DNA of 64,000 nucleotides from NCBI RefSeq assembly GCF_056746865.1, contig NZ_CM163382.1; one strand, 5' to 3'. Shown piece by piece: positions 58,312 to 64,000 of this stretch (position 1 is its first letter; each line of letters starts with the position of its first letter). The notes under the pieces were generated by a model. It saw only the letters and a program-made list of their open reading frames with translations, ran no database searches and was not told where the DNA came from. The position numbers and the translations under genes were made by a program.

Positions 58312-59283
58312 ATGAGTAAGATTTTTGAAGATAACTCGCTGACTATCGGTCACACGCCGCTGGTTCGCCTGAATCGCATCGGTAACGGACGCATTCTGGC
58401 GAAGGTGGAATCTCGTAACCCCAGCTTCAGCGTTAAGTGCCGTATCGGTGCCAACATGATTTGGGATGCCGAAAAGCGCGGCGTGCTGAAACCAGGCGTT
58501 GAACTGGTTGAACCAACCAGCGGTAATACCGGGATTGCACTGGCCTATGTCGCTGCCGCTCGCGGTTACAAACTCACCCTGACCATGCCAGAAACCATGA
58601 GTATTGAACGCCGCAAGCTGCTGAAAGCGTTAGGTGCAAACCTGGTGCTGACCGAAGGTGCTAAAGGCATGAAAGGCGCAATCCAAAAAGCAGAAGAAAT
58701 TGTCGCCAGCAATCCAGAGAAATACCTGCTGCTGCAACAATTCAGCAATCCGGCAAACCCTGAAATTCACGAAAAAACCACCGGTCCGGAGATCTGGGAA
58801 GATACCGACGGTCAGGTTGATGTATTTATTGCTGGCGTTGGGACTGGCGGTACGCTGACCGGCGTCAGCCGCTACATTAAAGGCACCAAAGGCAAGACCG
58901 ATCTTATCTCTGTCGCCGTTGAGCCAACCGATTCTCCAGTTATCGCCCAGGCGCTGGCAGGTGAAGAGATTAAACCTGGCCCGCATAAAATTCAGGGTAT
59001 TGGCGCTGGTTTTATCCCGGCGAACCTCGATCTCAAGCTGGTCGATAAAGTCATTGGCATCACCAATGAAGAAGCCATTTCTACCGCGCGTCGTCTGATG
59101 GAAGAAGAAGGTATTCTTGCAGGTATCTCTTCTGGAGCAGCTGTTGCTGCGGCGTTGAAACTACAAGAAGATGAAAGCTTTACCAACAAGAATATTGTGG
59201 TTATTCTACCGTCATCGGGTGAGCGTTATTTAAGCACCGCATTGTTTGCCGATCTCTTCACTGAGAAAGAATTGCAACAGTAA
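58312..59283 (+). CDS. cysK: Cysteine synthase A (O-acetylserine sulfhydrylase A)
   Basis: 323-aa PLP enzyme; PLP-lysine context [14 protein letters not shown] loop. Confidence 0.95.
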   Translation: MSKIFEDNSLTIGHTPLVRLNRIGNGRILAKVESRNPSFSVKCRIGANMIWDAEKRGVLKPGVELVEPTSGNTGIALAYVAAARGYKLTLTMPETMSIERRKLLKALGANLVLTEGAKGMKGAIQKAEEIVASNPEKYLLLQQFSNPANPEIHEKTTGPEIWEDTDGQVDVFIAGVGTGGTLTGVSRYIKGTKGKTDLISVAVEPTDSPVIAQALAGEEIKPGPHKIQGIGAGFIPANLDLKLVDKVIGITNEEAISTARRLMEEEGILAGISSGAAVAAALKLQEDESFTNKNIVVILPSSGERYLSTALFADLFTEKELQQ

Positions 59284-59305
59284 TGCCAGCTTGTTAAAAA
59301 TGCGT

Positions 59306-59333
59306 AAAAAAGCACCTTTTCAGGTGCTTTTTT
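59306..59333 (+). terminator. Rho-independent terminator after cysK
   Basis: AAAAAAGCACCTTTT-CAGGTGCTTTTTT. Confidence 0.7.
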
Positions 59334-59666
59334 GTGGCCTGCTTCAAACTTTCGCCCCTCCTGGCATTGATTCAGCCTGTCGGAACTGGTATTTAACCAG
59401 ACTAATTATTTTGATGCGCGAAATTAATCGTTACAGGAAAAGCCAAAGCTGAATCGATTTTATGATTTGGTTCAATTCTTCCTTTAGCGGCATAATGTTT
59501 AATGACGTACGAAACGTCAGCGGTCAACACCCGCCAGCAATGGACTGTATTGCGCTCTTCGTGCGTCGCGTCTGTTAAAAACTGGCGCTAACAATACAGG
59601 CTAAAGTCGAACCGCCAGGCTAGACTTTAGTTCCACAACACTAAACCTATAAGTTGGGGAAATACA

Positions 59667-59924
59667 ATGTTCCAGCAAGAAGTTACCATTACCGCTCCGA
59701 ACGGTCTGCACACCCGCCCTGCTGCCCAGTTTGTAAAAGAAGCTAAGGGCTTCACTTCTGAAATTACTGTGACTTCCAACGGCAAAAGCGCCAGCGCGAA
59801 AAGCCTGTTTAAACTGCAGACTCTGGGCCTGACTCAAGGTACCGTTGTGACTATCTCCGCAGAAGGCGAAGACGAGCAGAAAGCGGTTGAACATCTGGTT
59901 AAACTGATGGCGGAACTCGAGTAA
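59667..59924 (+). CDS. ptsH: PTS phosphocarrier protein HPr
   Basis: 85-aa [26 protein letters not shown] with active-site His15 context. Confidence 0.97.
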
Positions 59925-59968
59925 TTTCCCGGGTTCTTTTAAAAATCAGTCACAAGTAAGGTAGGGTT

Positions 59969-61696
59969 ATGATTTCAGGCATTTTAGCATCCCCGGGTAT
60001 CGCTTTCGGTAAAGCTCTGCTTCTGAAAGAAGACGAAATTGTCATTGACCGGAAAAAAATTTCTGCCGACCAGGTTGATCAGGAAGTTGAACGTTTTCTG
60101 AGCGGTCGTGCCAAGGCATCAGCCCAGCTGGAAACGATCAAAACGAAAGCTGGTGAAACGTTCGGTGAAGAAAAAGAAGCCATCTTTGAAGGGCATATTA
60201 TGCTGCTCGAAGATGAGGAGCTGGAGCAGGAAATCATAGCCCTGATTAAAGATAAGCACATGACAGCTGACGCAGCTGCTCATGAAGTTATCGAAGGTCA
60301 GGCTTCTGCCCTGGAAGAGCTGGATGATGAATACCTGAAAGAACGTGCGGCTGACGTACGTGATATCGGTAAGCGCCTGCTGCGCAACATCCTGGGCCTG
60401 AAGATTATCGACCTGAGCGCCATTCAGGATGAAGTCATTCTGGTTGCCGCTGACCTGACGCCGTCCGAAACCGCACAGCTGAACCTGAAGAAGGTGCTGG
60501 GTTTCATCACCGACGCGGGTGGCCGTACTTCCCACACCTCTATCATGGCGCGTTCTCTGGAACTGCCTGCTATCGTGGGTACCGGTAGCGTCACCTCTCA
60601 GGTGAAAAATGACGACTATCTGATTCTGGATGCCGTAAATAATCAGGTTTACGTCAATCCAACCAACGAAGTTATTGATAAAATGCGCGCTGTTCAGGAG
60701 CAAGTGGCTTCTGAAAAAGCAGAGCTTGCTAAACTGAAAGATCTGCCAGCTATTACGCTGGACGGTCACCAGGTAGAAGTGTGCGCTAACATTGGTACGG
60801 TTCGTGACGTTGAAGGTGCAGAGCGTAACGGCGCTGAAGGCGTTGGTCTGTATCGTACTGAGTTCCTGTTCATGGACCGCGACGCGCTGCCCACTGAAGA
60901 AGAACAGTTTGCTGCTTACAAAGCAGTGGCTGAAGCGTGTGGCTCGCAGGCGGTTATCGTTCGTACCATGGACATCGGCGGCGACAAAGAGCTGCCATAC
61001 ATGAACTTCCCGAAAGAAGAAAACCCGTTCCTCGGCTGGCGCGCTATCCGTATCGCGATGGATCGTAAAGAGATCCTGCGCGATCAGCTCCGCGCTATCC
61101 TGCGTGCCTCGGCTTTCGGTAAATTGCGCATTATGTTCCCGATGATCATCTCTGTTGAAGAAGTGCGTGCACTGCGCAAAGAGATCGAAATCTACAAACA
61201 GGAACTGCGCGACGAAGGTAAAGCGTTTGACGAGTCAATTGAAATCGGCGTAATGGTGGAAACACCGGCTGCCGCAACAATTGCACGTCATTTAGCCAAA
61301 GAAGTTGATTTCTTTAGTATCGGCACCAATGATTTAACGCAGTACACTCTGGCAGTTGACCGTGGTAATGATATGATTTCACACCTTTACCAGCCAATGT
61401 CACCGTCCGTGCTGAACTTGATCAAGCAAGTTATTGATGCTTCTCATGCTGAAGGCAAATGGACTGGCATGTGTGGTGAGCTTGCTGGCGATGAACGTGC
61501 TACACTTCTGTTGCTGGGGATGGGTCTGGACGAATTCTCTATGAGCGCCATTTCTATCCCGCGCATTAAGAAGATTATCCGTAACACGAACTTCGAAGAT
61601 GCGAAGGTGTTAGCAGAGCAGGCTCTTGCTCAACCGACAACGGACGAGTTAATGACGCTGGTTAACAAGTTCATTGAAGAAAAAACAATCTGCTAA
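59969..61696 (+). CDS. ptsI: PTS enzyme I
   Basis: 575-aa ORF; phospho-His context [18 protein letters not shown]-utilising domain. Confidence 0.97.
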   Translation: MISGILASPGIAFGKALLLKEDEIVIDRKKISADQVDQEVERFLSGRAKASAQLETIKTKAGETFGEEKEAIFEGHIMLLEDEELEQEIIALIKDKHMTADAAAHEVIEGQASALEELDDEYLKERAADVRDIGKRLLRNILGLKIIDLSAIQDEVILVAADLTPSETAQLNLKKVLGFITDAGGRTSHTSIMARSLELPAIVGTGSVTSQVKNDDYLILDAVNNQVYVNPTNEVIDKMRAVQEQVASEKAELAKLKDLPAITLDGHQVEVCANIGTVRDVEGAERNGAEGVGLYRTEFLFMDRDALPTEEEQFAAYKAVAEACGSQAVIVRTMDIGGDKELPYMNFPKEENPFLGWRAIRIAMDRKEILRDQLRAILRASAFGKLRIMFPMIISVEEVRALRKEIEIYKQELRDEGKAFDESIEIGVMVETPAAATIARHLAKEVDFFSIGTNDLTQYTLAVDRGNDMISHLYQPMSPSVLNLIKQVIDASHAEGKWTGMCGELAGDERATLLLLGMGLDEFSMSAISIPRIKKIIRNTNFEDAKVLAEQALAQPTTDELMTLVNKFIEEKTIC

Positions 61697-61736
61697 TCCA
61701 CGAGATGCGGCCCAATTTACTGCTTAGGAGAAGATC

Positions 61737-62246
61737 ATGGGTTTGTTCGATAAACTGAAATCTCTGGTTTCCGACGACAAGAAGGATACCGGAACTATTG
61801 AGATCATTGCTCCGCTCTCTGGCGAGATCGTCAATATCGAAGACGTGCCGGATGTCGTTTTTGCGGAAAAAATCGTTGGTGATGGCATTGCTATCAAACC
61901 AACTGGAAACAAAATGGTCGCGCCTGTAGACGGCACCATTGGTAAAATCTTTGAAACCAACCACGCGTTCTCTATCGAATCTGATAGCGGCGTTGAACTG
62001 TTCGTCCACTTCGGTATCGACACCGTTGAACTGAAAGGCGAAGGCTTCAAGCGTATTGCTGAAGAAGGTCAGCGCGTGAAAGTTGGCGATACTGTCATTG
62101 AATTCGATCTGCCGCTGCTGGAAGAGAAAGCCAAGTCTACCCTGACTCCGGTTGTTATCTCCAACATGGACGAAATCAAAGAACTGATCAAACTGTCCGG
62201 TAGCGTAACCGTGGGTGAAACCCCGGTTATCCGCATCAAGAAGTAA
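61737..62246 (+). CDS. crr: PTS glucose-specific EIIA (EIIA-Glc)
   Basis: 169-aa [42 protein letters not shown]. Confidence 0.97.
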
Positions 62247-62260
62247 TTCTTGCCGCAGTG

Positions 62261-62290
62261 AAAAATGGCGCCCATCGGCGCCATTTTTTA
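62261..62290. terminator. Bidirectional terminator between crr and pdxK
   Basis: AAAAATGGCGCC-catc-GGCGCCATTTTTT. Confidence 0.7.
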
Positions 62291-63139
62291 TGCTTCCGCC
62301 AGCGGCGGCAAAATCAATTCATCGCTCTCATGCTGCTGGGTGTAGCGCATCACTTCCAGTACGCGCAACCCCGCACGGTGCACCGCATCGTTTAACGCCT
62401 TCCCTTTCAGCAAACCACTGATAAGCTGAGCACAAAACAGGTCGCCAGTCCCTTTCAGGTCGGTTTTTACCCGTGAATGGGAAATGACATTCACGCTGTC
62501 GGCAGTGACCACCACCACCTGCATCTCCTGATTTTCTTCATTACCGGAGGCGCTGGTAATCACCACCCATTTTAATGTGTCTGAAAGCAGACTTTTTGCG
62601 GCAGCAATGGCACTGTCGAGATCGCGGCAATTTTTACCGGTCAGGATTTCCAGCTCAAAAATATTGGGGGTAATTCCCTGCGCCAGCGGCAGTAAATATT
62701 GTCGATACGCCTCGGGAAGGTCAGGTTTGACATAAATTCCGCTATCAATATCGCCAATCACTGGATCGACCATGATCAATAGGTCAGGATGATCTTTGCG
62801 TAGCGCAGTCAGCCACTCGGCAAGGATTTTGATTTGCGATGCCGTTCCCATATAGCCCGTGGTTACAGCACGAAGTTGGCGCAACGCATCACGCTCCTGA
62901 AGCGCACGCAAATAGCCGCTAAACCATTCGTCCGGAATCGCACCACCGTAGAAAGTGTCATAATGCGGTGTATTGCTCAGCAATACAGTCGGCACGGCAA
63001 AGACATTCAAGCCGTTCTGTTTGATAGCAGGCACGGCAATGCTGTTGCCTACGCTGCCGTACACTACCTGCGACTGCACGGCGACGATATCCGCCTGCAA
63101 TGCCCTGCTCTTATCGTTAAACAACAACAAACTACTCAT
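62288..63139 (-). CDS. pdxK: Pyridoxal/pyridoxine/pyridoxamine kinase
   Basis: 283-aa ribokinase-superfamily ORF. Confidence 0.9.
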   Translation of the reverse strand: MSSLLLFNDKSRALQADIVAVQSQVVYGSVGNSIAVPAIKQNGLNVFAVPTVLLSNTPHYDTFYGGAIPDEWFSGYLRALQERDALRQLRAVTTGYMGTASQIKILAEWLTALRKDHPDLLIMVDPVIGDIDSGIYVKPDLPEAYRQYLLPLAQGITPNIFELEILTGKNCRDLDSAIAAAKSLLSDTLKWVVITSASGNEENQEMQVVVVTADSVNVISHSRVKTDLKGTGDLFCAQLISGLLKGKALNDAVHRAGLRVLEVMRYTQQHESDELILPPLAEA

Positions 63140-63152
63140 TTAATTTTTTCTC

Positions 63153-63218
<66 letters not shown>

Positions 63219-63243
63219 CACAAAACAAGGATAAGGTAATTCA

Positions 63244-63612
63244 ATGAAGAAAATCATTTGTCTGGTCATTACGCTGCTAATGACACTCCCCGTTTACGCG
63301 AAGTTAACTGCCCATGAAGAAGCCCGTATCAACGCCATGCTGGAGGGATTAGCACAGAAAAAGGATTTGATATTTGTGCGTAACGGCGATGAACACACCT
63401 GTGATGAAGCGGTTTCCCACCTGCGTCTGAAGCTCGGCAACACGCGCAACCGCATTGACACCGCCGAGCAGTTTATTGATAAGGTGGCCTCGTCGTCATC
63501 GATTACCGGGAAGCCGTATATCGTGAAGATGCCCGGTAAAAGCGATGAGAACGCACAACCTTTTTTACATGCGCTAATTGCGCAGACGGATAAAACGGTG
63601 CCTGCGCAATAA
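63244..63612 (+). CDS. yfeK: Periplasmic protein YfeK
   Basis: 122-aa ORF with signal peptide ([19 protein letters not shown]). Confidence 0.8.
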   Translation: MKKIICLVITLLMTLPVYAKLTAHEEARINAMLEGLAQKKDLIFVRNGDEHTCDEAVSHLRLKLGNTRNRIDTAEQFIDKVASSSSITGKPYIVKMPGKSDENAQPFLHALIAQTDKTVPAQ

Positions 63613-63614
63613 TC

Positions 63615-64000
63615 TTAAATCCCCGCCCCCTGACTAAAATGCTCTTCCCCAAACACCCCGGTGGAGAGGTAGCGATCGCCGCGATCGCAGATGATCGCCA
63701 CAACCACCGCGCCGGGGTTAGCTTTTGCCACGCGCAGTGCTCCGGCAACCGCGCCGCCGGAGCTGACGCCACAGAATATTCCTTCCCGCACTGCCAGTTC
63801 GCGCATGGTGTTTTCCGCTTCTCGCTGATGAATATCCAGCACCTCATCCACCAGCGAAGCGTTGAAAATCCCCGGCAGATATTCCGCAGGCCAGCGGCGA
63901 ATGCCGGGAATGCTACTGCCCTCTTCCGGCTGCAGGCCAACAATGGTCACCGGTTTGGATTGTTCGCGCATAAAGCGTGAAACGCCGGTGATAGTGCCGG
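63615..64000 (-). CDS. cysM: Cysteine synthase B (O-acetylserine sulfhydrylase B), 3' part; gene continues beyond window end
   Basis: Frame open to the window edge; C-terminal sequence ...GVSSGGAVAGALRVAKANPGAVVVAIICDRGDRYLSTGVF typical of CysK/CysM family. Confidence 0.85.
   Translation of the reverse strand, partial: GTITGVSRFMREQSKPVTIVGLQPEEGSSIPGIRRWPAEYLPGIFNASLVDEVLDIHQREAENTMRELAVREGIFCGVSSGGAVAGALRVAKANPGAVVVAIICDRGDRYLSTGVFGEEHFSQGAGI

Noticed and set aside
60119-60769. 216-aa ORF on the minus strand
   Set aside because: Antisense to ptsI, whose identity is unambiguous; no independent support.

Overview
This window reads as Escherichia coli chromosome, colinear with the K-12 fadL to cysM segment, and I see no undescribed multi-gene system in it. 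Every long ORF is accounted for by a recognisable gene; gene identities and K-12 comparisons are from memory of the protein families and K-12 gene order, not from a database search. Gene order is fadL', yfdF, mlaA, yfdC, argW, cscBKA/cscR, dsdX', dsdA, emrYK, evgAS, yfdE-yfdV-oxc-frc, yfdX, ypdI, yfdY, lpxP, ypdK, alaC, ypdABC, fryA-ypdE-ypdF-fryC-fryB, glk, yfeO, ypeC, mntH, nupC, pdeA, alaX/alaW, yfeCD, gltX, valU-valX-valY-lysV, yfeR, yfeH, ypeB, ligA, zipA, cysZ, cysK, ptsHI-crr, pdxK, yfeK, cysM'. The strain is not K-12-like: it carries the csc sucrose island at argW and lacks the CPS-53 prophage, IS186 between nupC and pdeA, xapRBA-yfeN and yfeS. The points worth a second look are strain-specific lesions and accessory bits: (1) a ~712 bp IS200-family element splitting the sensor kinase gene ypdA; (2) a 1-bp frameshift splitting evgS; (3) the csc island leaving dsdA without dsdC and with only a dsdX stub; (4) a 113-aa coiled-coil ORF where K-12 has xapRBA-yfeN; (5) a longer yfdF allele with an internal tandem repeat.
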